A stretch of DNA of 64,000 nucleotides, from positions 2,441,561 to 2,505,560 of the forward strand of contig CAWIUL010000011.1 of the NCBI GenBank assembly GCA_963839305.1. The letters are read 5' to 3'. Below the pieces are notes generated by a model. That model searched no databases. It was given only the letters and a program-made list of their open reading frames with translations, and was not told where the DNA came from. Every line of letters starts with the position of its first letter. Position 1 is the stretch's first letter. Shown here piece by piece: positions 10,901-22,043 of the stretch. This DNA is from an uncultured delta proteobacterium. Lineage in GTDB: Bacteria > Myxococcota_A > Polyangia > Polyangiales > Polyangiaceae. A program made the translations under genes and the position numbers.

Positions 10901-13062
10901 CGCGAACGAGGCCGAGCACGCGACCACGCTCGCTCGGGAGGCTCTCGGCGAGCGCCACGGCGCCTTCGAGCGCGTGCGTTCGCTCTTCGACGCTCGCGGC
11001 CCCGTTCGCCCGCGCGAGCAGCACGCGCAAGACGCCCGCCCTCGAGCCCTCGGAGCGATAAATCGGATCGAGCACTTCCGCGGCGGCGACCGCGAGCGGC
11101 GCGTCGGTCCCGTCGAGGAGCTGCTCCATCGCCTCGCGCGACATCGAGTCGTGCGGGTCGATCGAGAGCGCCTCGCGGAACGCGTCGACCGCGCCGCGGG
11201 AGTCGCCGAGCCACTGCATGCGCAAGAGGCCGAGCCGCGCGAGCGTCTCCACCTTCTCGCCGCCGTGCTCTTGCTTCGCGAGCGCCTCGTACGCCGTGGC
11301 GAGCGTGTTGAAATCGCGCTCGATCTCGAGCAGCGGAATCCAGCGCCGGAGGACCTCTTTCGTCGGCCCGAACTGCTCGACGATCTCGCGCCACGCGCTC
11401 GAAGCGGCTTGGTGGTGACCGGAAATCTCCGTCAGCTGCTCGGCAGCGCGCACGAGGAGAGCGTGCTTCGTCTCGCGCGAGGGCGCGTCGTTCGCCTTCG
11501 CGCGCAGGATCTCGGCGAGCCCCACCGCGTCGCCGAGCGACGACAAGAGCGGCTCGAGGGCGTCGAGCGCCCGAGCGCGCGCGGGCGTGTCGAGCAATCC
11601 GCGGTACGCCGAGACGGCGCGCGCGGGATCGCCGAGCGCGCCCGACGCGAGCTCCGCGAGCTGCTCGGCGGCCTGCTGCCGGCGCACGACGTCGGGCTCG
11701 GTGCGAACGATGCGCTCGAGCATCTCGGCGAGCGACACGTGGTCTTCGTCCTCGACGTAGAGCCGCGCGAGCGCGTGCATCGCGGGCAGCACGGCGAGCT
11801 CCGAGGCGCCGGGGACGGTGAGCGCGCTCGAGAACGCGGCGCGCGCGCGCTTCACGTCGCCCGTCGCGAGGAGGAGCTCGCCCATCTCGGCCGCGAGCCT
11901 CGCGCGCACCGACGCGTCCTTCACCCCGCTGACGAGACGCTGGAGGACCTTCTGCGCCGCCTCGTGCTTTCCGAGCGCGCGCGTGAGCTGGATGTAGCGC
12001 TCGAGGAGATCGTTGTCGGTCGCGTCGATCTGGATCGCCTGCTCGGCCGCTTCGTAAGCGCCGGCCATGTCCTCGAGGTGGTCTTGACGGATCGCCGCCA
12101 GCGCTCGAAGCGGGCCGAAGCGCCGCGGGCCGCGCGCGCTCTCGAGCTCGAGCGTGTAGTAGCGAACGGCGTCGCTCCACGCGTTTTGCTTCTCCGCGGC
12201 CGCCGCGAGCGCCGCTGCGGCGCGCTGCGCGCTCGCCTTCACCTCGAGCAAGCGAAGCCCGAGGCTCTTGGCGCCCTCGTGCCCCGGCGCGCGCCCGAGC
12301 AGCCACTCGACGTGTGGGAGGGAGCGCTCGATCTCGTTCGTCTCGTCGTAGAGCGCGAGCAGCTTCGTGCGATGGGCGAACGCCTCGTCGTCGGCGAGCG
12401 CTTCGTTGCCGAGCGCCTGCTCGAGCATCTTCGCGACGTCCTTCGGTCGCCCCGCGTGGAGGAGCGCGTTCTCGAGCTTGGAGCGCGCGTCTTCGTCCTT
12501 CGGATCGACGCGGACGATCATCTGGAGCACGTCGGCGAGCCGGTCGCCGGCCTCGCCCTTCTCGAACGCCTCGGCCGCCTTTCGAAGCAGCGGCGCCTGC
12601 TCGGCTCGCGGGCGGTGCTGGGCGAGCTCGAAGTAGAAGTCGCCGAGCTTGCGGAACTCTCCGGCCTTCGTGAGGTTGTGCTCGAACCGCTGCGATCGAT
12701 CCGGCGTGCGTCGGCATCGCCGACATCGCGCGATCCAGGTAGCTCGCGGCGCCCACGTCGTCGCCCATCACGTCGGCGAAGAAGATCGACGACTGGAACA
12801 TGAACTCCGCGACGACCCCCGCCTGGAGGGTTCGCAGCTTTCGATCCGCGGCGAGGCCTTCGAACGCGAAGGCGAGCTCGGTGACGCGGTCGTCGCGCTT
12901 GGCCGCTTCGTGCAGCTTGTCCCAGGCTTCTTTCGGAAGCTGGTTTCGCGCGAGAGCCAGGAGGAACGCGTCGAGAACTTCGGTTTCGTTTTCGAGACGT
13001 TGATCGAGCGCGTCGATCACCGCAGTGACACCTGCAGCACCCCGTCGAGTCGGTTCGCTCAT
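7575..13062 (-). CDS. giant TPR-repeat protein, N-terminal segment (start ATG ~13062; frame break ~12715; 3' ~465 nt beyond ~8040 out of frame)
   Basis: MSEPTRRGAAGVTAVIDALDQRLENETEV... is read in one frame to ~12720. It then continues in the listed 1651-aa ORF frame as RFEHNLTKAGEFRKLGDFYFELAQ.... The C-terminal ~150 aa of that ORF is Arg-rich junk. Confidence 0.55.
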
Positions 13063-13139
13063 TCCCGGACTGACGAGGGTATCAATCCCACCAGTCGCCG
13101 CGACTGATTTGTTGTTCAGTATCGGAGAGCTCGGCCGTG

Positions 13140-14405
13140 TCAGGTCACGAGCGTCGCGTCCGTGCGATACGGGCCGGAATTCGGGGATCGCGAGCCGATC
13201 GAGCCCGCCGCTCGCGTCGCGATGACGACGCCGATGCCGGTGAGGACGACGCCGAGCGTGACGATGCCGTTCACGAACGGAATGGCGCCGCTCACGAGGA
13301 AGAGCACGCAGCCGACGAGCAAGTGGACGTGCGGGTTGTCGCTCTTGTGGCCGATGAGGGCCTTGCCCACGGTCGCGAGCACCGCGCAGATGCCCGCGTA
13401 CGCCGCGAAGACGCCGCCGAGGAGGAGCACGACCGCGACCGGAATGCCGATCACCGTGATCGCGATGAGCACGCACGCGACGAGGAAGATCAATCCGCCG
13501 ACGATGCCGAGCGCGAACGAGCGCATCGGGCGCGAGGCAGCCTCGACGCGGAGCTTGTTCATCTTGTCTCCCGCGAGCGCGAAGAGGATCGCGCCGAACA
13601 CGAAGAGCATCGCGGCGCGCGTGGTCGCGTCGCTCACTTCGCGGAGGATCGAGCGCGACCCCGTCGAGCTCGACCCGATGCGAACGTCGTCGCGCTTGTG
13701 CACCGCGCCGCCGACCTTCGAGCCTTTGTGGCGGTCGAGCGAGCCTCCGACGACGCCCACGTCGCCGTCGACCTGCGCGCCGTCCGCGACGTCGATCGAG
13801 CCGCCGATGGCGGTCGCGTTCCCGACGACGTGCGCGCCCGGCTTCACGGACGCACTGCCGCCGAGGACCGTCACGTTTCCGGTCGCGGTTCCGAGGATCG
13901 TGACGGAGCCGCCGAACACGGTGACGTCGTGCACGGTCTCGTCCGCGCCGACGACGAGGTCGCCGCCGTGGACGACGCGGTCCTCGCCGCGCGTCGTCGC
14001 GACGGGCGCTGCGACGATCGCGGGCGGCGGCGTTGGAACCGGCGGAGCGCTGACGGCAGCCGAAACGGGCGGTGTAGTCGCGGGAGCGCTCGAGATCGTG
14101 ATGAGCGAGCCGTCGCGCTTCGCGACGAACTCGCCGTCGCCGAGGATCACGTCGAGCACCTTGTCGGCGGGTTGATCGGTCATGTGCAGATCCATCGGCT
14201 TGCCGTCGCCGACGTCGCGCAGGACGACGCTCCACCCCGCCTCCTTCGCGAGTCGCATGATCGCGTCTGTCCGCGAGACGTGCGTCGCGTCCATCGTCAC
14301 GTGCTTGCTCTCGGGCCAGTCGCCCTCGTGGCGCACCTGCGCGAACGCGGCGCTCGACGCGAGCGCGAGACCGAGGAACAGAGCGGAAAAGACGTTGCGT
14401 TTCAT
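13140..14405 (-). CDS. secreted/membrane protein: signal peptide, STN-like domain, Pro-rich linker, bactofilin/DUF4097-like beta-helix repeats, C-terminal TM helices
   Basis: MKRNVFSALFLGLALASSAAFA signal peptide. Repeats VFGGSVTILGTATGNVTVLGGSASV...GDVGVVGGS. Hydrophobic C-terminus. ATGA overlap with the upstream anti-sigma gene. Confidence 0.6.
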   Translation of the reverse strand: MKRNVFSALFLGLALASSAAFAQVRHEGDWPESKHVTMDATHVSRTDAIMRLAKEAGWSVVLRDVGDGKPMDLHMTDQPADKVLDVILGDGEFVAKRDGSLITISSAPATTPPVSAAVSAPPVPTPPPAIVAAPVATTRGEDRVVHGGDLVVGADETVHDVTVFGGSVTILGTATGNVTVLGGSASVKPGAHVVGNATAIGGSIDVADGAQVDGDVGVVGGSLDRHKGSKVGGAVHKRDDVRIGSSSTGSRSILREVSDATTRAAMLFVFGAILFALAGDKMNKLRVEAASRPMRSFALGIVGGLIFLVACVLIAITVIGIPVAVVLLLGGVFAAYAGICAVLATVGKALIGHKSDNPHVHLLVGCVLFLVSGAIPFVNGIVTLGVVLTGIGVVIATRAAGSIGSRSPNSGPYRTDATLVT

Positions 14406-14905
14406 GACGAGGCTCCGGTTCTTTCACGAGAGACGCGCGCGACCGCATAACCGAGCAGCGCGAGCGTGAAGGTGGCGACGAGCGAGACGCTGGAGGAGAC
14501 GCCCTTTCCGAGCGCCAGCGCCGAGGTGGTGACGACCGCCGCGATCTGCGGCGCCGAGGTGATCCAGCTGACGACGTGAGGGAGCGCGTCGAGCGCAGCG
14601 GGCGCTCCCGCGACGACCGCGACGATCACGGCAGCCGCGACGAGCACGGTCGGAAATCGATGGGTCGCAGGCGCGCGTTGATGGATGCGCAACTGGCGCC
14701 CGACGACGAGCGCCGCGCCGACCTCGTGCGACTCGAGCGCCATGGCCCCGATGCGAAGCATGCACTCTGCACACGTCTCGGCGTGCACGCGCGCGACGGG
14801 GTCGATGACGTCTTGCGCGTCGGCGAGGCACGAGAGCGCGAGCTCGGTCAGGTGCTCGCCGCTCCAGGTTTCTGCCTCGGAGAGCTTCTGTTCTTCTGGT
14901 TTCAT
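14402..14905 (-). CDS. anti-sigma factor (zinc-binding HxxxCxxC type, membrane-anchored)
   Basis: MKPEEQKL...HAETCAECMLRIGAM followed by TM segments. GGAGAGGAGAG RBS. Start overlaps the sigma-gene stop (ATGA). Confidence 0.6.
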   Translation of the reverse strand: MKPEEQKLSEAETWSGEHLTELALSCLADAQDVIDPVARVHAETCAECMLRIGAMALESHEVGAALVVGRQLRIHQRAPATHRFPTVLVAAAVIVAVVAGAPAALDALPHVVSWITSAPQIAAVVTTSALALGKGVSSSVSLVATFTLALLGYAVARVSRERTGASS

Positions 14906-15516
14906 CCGTCTCTCCTCTCCGCGAGCGTGGCCGCGAGCGCCTTGCGGCCGCGCAGAATCCAGGTCGCGACGGTGCCCATCGGCACCCCGAGCCTCTTGCC
15001 GATCTCGACGTACGAGAGCCCCTCGATGAAGAAGAGCACCACGGCCTCGCGCTGTTTGTCGGGGAGCTCGCCGAGCGCCTTCTCGAGCCGCACGACCTCT
15101 TGAGAGCGCGCCGCGCGATCGAAGGGCGACGGCTTCGAGTCGGGGATGCGATCCGCGAGGTCGGGCGTGGAGGTCGACTCGGGCGCCGGCTCGTTCGCTC
15201 GGCGTTTGAGGGCGCGCGTGCGGCTGCGCGCCGTGTCGAGCGCGACGTGCTTCACGATGCCGACGATCCACGCGCGGATCGACTCGCCCGGCCGAATGCG
15301 CGCGCGCCCCTCGATCGCGCGCCGCATCGTCTCGCTCACGGCGTCCTCGACGTCGGGGTGCTCGGGTGTGACGTGCAGCACGGTCGCGGCGACGGCGCGG
15401 AGCAGCGGCCTCAGCTCGGCCGCCTCGCGCGCAAACACCTCGATGGATGCCGCCGACGTCACGGGGTCGATCTTGCCCCTCGGCGGGGGCGCTGCAAAGA
15501 AGGCGGCGGCGAGCAT
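14902..15516 (-). CDS. ECF (sigma-70 family) RNA polymerase sigma factor
   Basis: Region 2 (LRPLLRAVAATVL...DAVSETMRRAIEG) and region 4 (EALGELPDKQREAVVLFFIEGLSYVEIGKRLGVPMGTVATWILRGRKAL) motifs. Confidence 0.8.
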   Translation of the reverse strand: MLAAAFFAAPPPRGKIDPVTSAASIEVFAREAAELRPLLRAVAATVLHVTPEHPDVEDAVSETMRRAIEGRARIRPGESIRAWIVGIVKHVALDTARSRTRALKRRANEPAPESTSTPDLADRIPDSKPSPFDRAARSQEVVRLEKALGELPDKQREAVVLFFIEGLSYVEIGKRLGVPMGTVATWILRGRKALAATLAERRDG

Positions 15517-15559
15517 CCTTTTCGATGCTTCGACCGAGCCCTCGCGTTTATTTCACCGA

Positions 15560-16051
15560 TCAGCCGCACATGATCGAGTTGTTGCAGAGCGGGATGTGGC
15601 TGAAGCTCCCCGTCACGATCGTCTGATCGGGCAAAACCAGCGAAAACGAGCCTGAAGCCGCGGTCTTGGTGAATTCCGTGAGGGTGAACGAGCCGTGGGT
15701 AGCGGCGACGCACTGGGTCGTGCCTCCGGTGGGGCAATAAGCGGCCAGCGAGCCGGATGGGAACGTCCCGTCGCCCACGGCGTACGTGCCCGGTGCGCTC
15801 GGAGGCGGGCCCCAGAACGAGATTCGAACGCTCCCCTCGCCCACGACCGAGTTCGCGCACGAGGGAACGACGGTCGCTCCAGGGAAGGCGAGCGCGAACG
15901 CGATCGCGAGCCCGTCGTTCGGCGCGCAGTCGTTGACCACGACGCCTTGCAGCTGCGGCTGCGACGCGTCTTCCGTTTGCGAGGCGTGCCCGCCGCCGAG
16001 ATCGGTGCGTCCACCGCACGCGACCAGCAAGAGCGCGAACCGAAGCCTCAC
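15560..16051 (-). CDS. small Cys-rich lipoprotein
   Basis: GTG start overlapping the aminotransferase stop (GTGA). Signal peptide with LLLVACGG lipobox. Confidence 0.5.
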   Translation of the reverse strand: MRLRFALLLVACGGRTDLGGGHASQTEDASQPQLQGVVVNDCAPNDGLAIAFALAFPGATVVPSCANSVVGEGSVRISFWGPPPSAPGTYAVGDGTFPSGSLAAYCPTGGTTQCVAATHGSFTLTEFTKTAASGSFSLVLPDQTIVTGSFSHIPLCNNSIMCG

Positions 16052-17298
16052 GGCTTGAGCATACGCTCGAATCGATCGAGGGCTCGCTCGAGCGTCGCCT
16101 TCGGCGGGCCGAACGAGAAGCGCACGTAGTCGCGGAAGCGCGAGGCGCGCGCGCTCCGCCGCTTTCCAGGGTTCACGTCGAAGAACTCACCGGGCACGGT
16201 GATGACCTTCTGCTCGAGCGCCGCGCGGAAGAAGCTCATGCCGTCCGAGATCGGCTGCGGCAGCTGCGAGACGTTGCCCCAGACGTAGAACGTCCCGTCG
16301 GGCACTCGGTCGATGCGGACGCCGAGGCGCTCGAGGCGCGAGAGCAGCATGTCGCGCTTCTCGCGGAACGCGTTGTGGATCGCCCACGTCTCCTTCGTGA
16401 CGTGCTCCTCGCTCATGAGCGGGATCGCCGCGCGCTGGAGCGGCTTGCTCCCGCCGCCGTCGAGGAACGAGCCCGCGCTCGTGAGCGCCTCGATCACCTT
16501 CTTCGGCCCGAGCGCCCACGTCACGCGCCAGCCGGGGTAGCGCCAGTTCTTCGTGAGGCCGTCGAAGATCACGACCGGATCGTGATCGACGTCCTCGACG
16601 TAGCGCGCGGCGCTCTCGACCGGGAGCACGCCGGGCTTCGTTCGGTAGACGTAGTGCGAATAGAACTCGTCGAACATGAGCGAGCACTCGAGCTCGCGCG
16701 CGACGGAGACCCAGCGCGCGAGCTCCTCGCCCATCACCGCCTTGCCCGTCGGGTTGCACGGGTTCGAGAGCAAGATCGCCGAGAGCCCGCGCCCCATGAT
16801 CTCGCGCCGCAGATCTTCGTGCGAGAACGCGTAGCCGCGCTCGCCGTCGAGCATGATCGGGATCGCGGTGAACGCGCGGAAGATGTCGAGCAGCTCCTCG
16901 TACGCCGTGTAGTCCGGCAAGAAATGTCCGAGGTTGATCTGCGAGAGGCTCGCGGCGGCGCGCGTGAGCGCCATGCGACCGCCGCCCGAGACGCAAACGT
17001 TCTCCGCCGAGTACTGCGTGCGGAGGCCCTTCCTGTAGAGCACGTTGTAGAGGCTCGCGATCGCCTCGCGGAGCTCCCAGATGCCCGCGACCGGCGCGTA
17101 CTCCTGGTCGTCGACGTCGATCGTGACGTGCTCGACGCGCGGCGGCGCGCCCGCGAGCTGCCCCGTCTCCGGCTGGCCCTGCCCGAGGTTGCACCACTCC
17201 GCGTTCGTCTGCGAGAAGCCGAGGCGCGTCGCCTCCGAGGTGACGTAGATCACGCCCGTGCGAGGTACCGTTCGAAACGCCGCAAGCTCTTCGGCCAT
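16048..17298 (-). CDS. PLP-dependent aminotransferase, class I/II
   Basis: FDGLTKNWRYPGWRVTW (PLP-lysine region) and the overall aminotransferase fold motifs. Confidence 0.8.
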   Translation of the reverse strand: MAEELAAFRTVPRTGVIYVTSEATRLGFSQTNAEWCNLGQGQPETGQLAGAPPRVEHVTIDVDDQEYAPVAGIWELREAIASLYNVLYRKGLRTQYSAENVCVSGGGRMALTRAAASLSQINLGHFLPDYTAYEELLDIFRAFTAIPIMLDGERGYAFSHEDLRREIMGRGLSAILLSNPCNPTGKAVMGEELARWVSVARELECSLMFDEFYSHYVYRTKPGVLPVESAARYVEDVDHDPVVIFDGLTKNWRYPGWRVTWALGPKKVIEALTSAGSFLDGGGSKPLQRAAIPLMSEEHVTKETWAIHNAFREKRDMLLSRLERLGVRIDRVPDGTFYVWGNVSQLPQPISDGMSFFRAALEQKVITVPGEFFDVNPGKRRSARASRFRDYVRFSFGPPKATLERALDRFERMLKP

Positions 17299-17321
17299 CT
17301 TGCGCGCCCGCTATACCAAAC

Positions 17322-17720
17322 TTAGAGAAAGCGCGCGCGGAGCTCGGGCGTCGGGACCATGCAGACGTCTTTCTTCCCGAAGACGCGATAGCGGTTCCGC
17401 GCGACGAGGTCGTAAACGGCGTCGCGGACGAAGCGCGGGACGACGACCGCCGCGTAGAGCAGCTTCCACGGCATTTTCAGGTGTTTCACGATGCGAAGCG
17501 CGGCGTCCGAGCGCTGGTGCGGCCCGGCGTCGTCGATGACGACGATGCTCGTCGGATCGCCCTCGGGGACCTTCAGCCCGTGCTCGCGCATGAGCTCGGC
17601 GCCCGCCTCGGACTGGATCGACGCAAAGCGAAAGTACGCGTCGCGATCGCGCGGGGCGATGAAGCGCACGGTCCCGCTGCAGAGGTTACACACGCCGTCG
17701 AAGAGCACGATCGCACTCAT
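17322..17720 (-). CDS. thiol-disulfide oxidoreductase, DCC family (DUF393)
   Basis: N-terminal LFDGVCNLCSG motif; ~130 aa. Confidence 0.75.
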   Translation of the reverse strand: MSAIVLFDGVCNLCSGTVRFIAPRDRDAYFRFASIQSEAGAELMREHGLKVPEGDPTSIVVIDDAGPHQRSDAALRIVKHLKMPWKLLYAAVVVPRFVRDAVYDLVARNRYRVFGKKDVCMVPTPELRARFL

Positions 17721-18170
17721 TCAGAACGTGAAGCTTAACCCCGCCCCGCCGGATGTCGCGATCGGAACGATGAGCGTCCGCGGCTTCTTCGGGAGCTTCT
17801 GGTGGTGCATCACCGTTCCGATGACGAGCATCGCGAGGCCCGTCGCTTGGGCGAGGCCGTCCACGACGAGCCCGATGCGCGCCCAGTTCTCGTCAGGCGC
17901 GCTCGGCGGGCGCACGGCGAGATCGATCCAAGGCCCGAAGATCGGGATGAAGAGCAGGCGGTCTTCGCCGTACGTGCTCGTCGTGGCGACGATGAGCGCG
18001 ACGCCCGTCGACAGCGCGAGCGTGACGGTGCCGGCGCCGATCAGCGGGATCCCCGCGCCGACGGGCACCTCGCGCCGCTCGACCACGACCTCCTGAGCAC
18101 GCGCGTCACGCGAGCTCGCGGTCGCCACGAGGACGATCGCGAGACACGCGAGTGACGTTGCGCTGTGCAC
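17721..18170 (-). CDS. hypothetical secreted/membrane protein
   Basis: Signal peptide and hydrophobic segments; ends ...LSFTF. Confidence 0.4.
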   Translation of the reverse strand: MHSATSLACLAIVLVATASSRDARAQEVVVERREVPVGAGIPLIGAGTVTLALSTGVALIVATTSTYGEDRLLFIPIFGPWIDLAVRPPSAPDENWARIGLVVDGLAQATGLAMLVIGTVMHHQKLPKKPRTLIVPIATSGGAGLSFTF

Positions 18171-18203
18171 GCACCTCGTCGATGCGAGCGCGATGCCAGC
18201 GCG

Positions 18204-19691
<1,488 letters not shown>

Positions 19692-19760
19692 ATTTTCCCC
19701 AGGGGGTTTGTGCGCCGGACGGGGTGCACGGTGTGTGCCATAGTGCCCGTGGCTAAGGAG

Positions 19761-20522
19761 ATGGCCGTGCTGTCTGATTTCGACCTCGAGTGGGAACGTT
19801 TGAAGGCCGTGCTGGCCGTGGTGGAACGCCACGCTGTCACGCGCGAGGAGCGCACGAAGGTGCTCGCGATCAAGCGCGCGCTGGAGGGCGACGACTTCGT
19901 GGGCGCGCTCTGCCACGATCTCAAAGATCCGCTCTCGGCGATCACGATGGGCGCTTCGCTCCTGAAGAAGCAGCTGCCGGAAGATCGCGCGCTTCACGCG
20001 GTCGTGAGCGCTGCGCGCCGGCTCGATCGCGTCGTTCAAAACGCGCGCGATCTCGAGATGCTCCGCGCGGCGAAGTTCACGCCCCAAGTCCGCGAGGTGC
20101 CGATCGCGTCGTTGCTCTTGCCCAGCGTCGAGCGCGCTCGCGCGGCTGCGAAGGCCAAGGGTGTGACGATCGCCTTCGAGGCAGCCGAGGCGCGCGCGAT
20201 CGTCGACGCGCACGCGACGGGTCGAGCGTTCGACGAGATCCTCGACAACTCCATCGGGTTCTCTCCAGAGGGCGCGACCGTGCGTGTGAGCGTCGAGCGA
20301 GACCGAATCGTCGTGGAGGACGACGGTCCCGGCATCGACGCCGCACACCTGCCCCACGTGTTCGACGAGACGAAGAACCGCGCGCACAGGCCGCGACGTG
20401 GCGCCGGCCGCGGCCTACCGCTCGCTCGCGAATACGCGCTCGCTCAAGGCGGCGAGCTCGATGTCAGCTCAGCCGAAGGCGCTGGCGTTCGCGTGATCCT
20501 CGCGCTGCGCACGGCCACGTAG
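19761..20522 (+). CDS. soluble sensor histidine kinase (HisKA + HATPase_c)
   Basis: AAGGAG RBS. H-box [12 protein letters not shown]-boxes DDGPGID and [18 protein letters not shown]. Divergent from the NtrC-type gene. Confidence 0.75.
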   Translation: MAVLSDFDLEWERLKAVLAVVERHAVTREERTKVLAIKRALEGDDFVGALCHDLKDPLSAITMGASLLKKQLPEDRALHAVVSAARRLDRVVQNARDLEMLRAAKFTPQVREVPIASLLLPSVERARAAAKAKGVTIAFEAAEARAIVDAHATGRAFDEILDNSIGFSPEGATVRVSVERDRIVVEDDGPGIDAAHLPHVFDETKNRAHRPRRGAGRGLPLAREYALAQGGELDVSSAEGAGVRVILALRTAT

Positions 20523-20574
20523 CGTTTAGCCTCGATCGTGACGATCGTGCGCGCACGCGTGAATCTGTCGCGTG

Positions 20575-20590
20575 TGGCATGGCCGCTGCA
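20575..20590 (+). promoter_or_regulatory. candidate sigma54 (-24/-12) promoter
   Basis: TGGCATGGCCGCTGCA matches TGGCACG-N4-TTGCA with correct GG/GC spacing, ~40 nt upstream of the DUF1328 ATG. Confidence 0.5.
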
Positions 20591-20632
20591 CGCTCGTGTG
20601 GCTGTCTTGGAGGAGAGAGAAAGGGATCAGTC

Positions 20633-20797
20633 ATGTTGTACTGGGCCGCAGTTTTCTTCGTAATTGCGCTCGTCGCAGCCGTGTTCGGCTTCGGTGGCAT
20701 CGCGGCAGGGGCCGCGGGCATCGCGAAGATTCTGTTTGTCGTGTTCCTCGCGCTGGCCGTGCTGTCGTTGGTGTTCAACCGACGCGTGCCGACCTGA
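20633..20797 (+). CDS. DUF1328/UPF0391 family small membrane protein
   Basis: [47 protein letters not shown]; strong GGAGGAGAGAGAAAGG RBS. Confidence 0.65.
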   Translation: MLYWAAVFFVIALVAAVFGFGGIAAGAAGIAKILFVVFLALAVLSLVFNRRVPT

Positions 20798-20799
20798 CG

Positions 20800-21153
20800 A
20801 TGACGTCCGCGACCGCCTCCGTGCTAACGGTTCTCTTCGTCGACGACGATTTGGACGCGGCGGAGTTATTTACGCTGCTCGCTGGCGGTCGCGGGCATCG
20901 CGTCCTTCACGCGAGGACCCTCGCGCAAGGACGCACGATGCTCGACGAGGCGGACATCCTCGTGACGGACGTGGAGCTCGGTGACGGCAACGGGCTCGAC
21001 CTGCTCTCGCTCGGTCGCCCCACCCGCCTTCGCCGCGCTTACGTGGTGACGGGACACTCTCACCTCGAAAAAGCAGCGAAGCTCGCGGGCTTCGACGGAT
21101 CGTTCACGAAGCCCGTCGATCCCGACACGCTGCTGCTCACCCTCGAGCACTGA
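20800..21153 (+). CDS. single-domain response regulator (CheY-like receiver)
   Basis: MTSATASVLTVLFVDDDLDAAE...ILVTDVELGDGNG...FTKPV receiver motifs. The listed ORF has a junk N-terminal extension. Confidence 0.7.
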   Translation: MTSATASVLTVLFVDDDLDAAELFTLLAGGRGHRVLHARTLAQGRTMLDEADILVTDVELGDGNGLDLLSLGRPTRLRRAYVVTGHSHLEKAAKLAGFDGSFTKPVDPDTLLLTLEH

Positions 21154-21171
21154 CGTAGCGATCCGCTACGT
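21153..21171 (+). terminator. short hairpin (8-bp stem, 3-nt loop) directly after the receiver gene stop
   Basis: ACGTAGCG-ATC-CGCTACGT perfect inverted repeat. Confidence 0.3.
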
Positions 21172-21228
21172 TGCGAGGCGTAATCGGGGCGGGAATCCAC
21201 GGGCACGCAGGGTGCAAAGGGTTCGCGC

Positions 21229-21459
21229 ATGACCATCCGATACATCATCGAACGCATCGACGGTGGTTACCGCGCGACCTGCGAGGAGCTCGGCGTCGAA
21301 GCTACTGGACCGACGGTCGAGAGAGCGGTCTCCACGCTGCGACGTCAGCTCGAAGACCGCATGGCCCACGTCGAAGCGGTCGCGCCGCCGGAGGCGCCAG
21401 TGATCGTTCGCGTCGATCTGCAGCAGCAATTCCCCGATTCGAAGCGCGGAGCCGCCTGA
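21229..21459 (+). CDS. small HicB/UPF0150-like fold protein
   Basis: MTIRYIIERIDGGYRATCEELGVEATGPTVERAVSTLRRQLEDR fits the Y.I.E..DGGY.A.CPELG...G.T.EEAL pattern. Its stop overlaps the next ATG (ATGA). Confidence 0.4.
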   Translation: MTIRYIIERIDGGYRATCEELGVEATGPTVERAVSTLRRQLEDRMAHVEAVAPPEAPVIVRVDLQQQFPDSKRGAA

Positions 21460-22043
21460 TGACCCAGCACCAAACCAACGGGCACACGTTCGCGGTCGAT
21501 CTCGACGCGATCCGGAAGCGCGCGCGAACGCACATCGAACAAGGCGCGGTGACCGAGTCGTACGGCGCGGACGTCGAGACGGTGGTGAACCTGCTCAATG
21601 AGGTCCTCGCGACCGAGCTCGTGTGCTTCCTGCGCTACAAGCGCCACGCAGTGATGGCGCCGCGCATCGCGGGCATCGCGGGCGAGGCGATCGTCAAGGA
21701 GCTCATCCAGCACGCCGACGAAGAGCTCGGTCACGCGGACGTGATCGCGACGCGCATCGTGCAGCTCGGCGGGAAGCCGAACTACGATCCGGCGGGTCTC
21801 ACGGAGCGATCGCACGCGCAGTACGTCGCAGGCGAGACGCTCCCCGAGATGCTCACCGAGGATCTCGTCGCGGAGCGCATCGCGATCGAGACGTACGGCG
21901 AGATCGTCCGCTACCTCGGTAACGGCGATCCGACGACGCGTCGAATGATGGAGACGATCCTCGCGGTCGAAGAAGAGCACGCCGACGAGCTCGCCGACTG
22001 GCTCGAGCGCATCGGCGCCCACCGCTCCGACATCTCAGGTTAG
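21459..22043 (+). CDS. bacterioferritin-like ferritin-domain protein
   Basis: NEVLATELVCFLRYKRHAVMA...ELGHADVIATRIVQLGG...EMLTEDLVAE...ILAVEEEHADELADWLE parallels Bfr helices. Confidence 0.6.
   Translation: MTQHQTNGHTFAVDLDAIRKRARTHIEQGAVTESYGADVETVVNLLNEVLATELVCFLRYKRHAVMAPRIAGIAGEAIVKELIQHADEELGHADVIATRIVQLGGKPNYDPAGLTERSHAQYVAGETLPEMLTEDLVAERIAIETYGEIVRYLGNGDPTTRRMMETILAVEEEHADELADWLERIGAHRSDISG

Noticed and set aside
17481-18096. Plus-strand ORFs 17481..17738 and 17491..18096
   Set aside because: Antisense to the DCC-family gene and the adjacent membrane-protein gene. No motifs.
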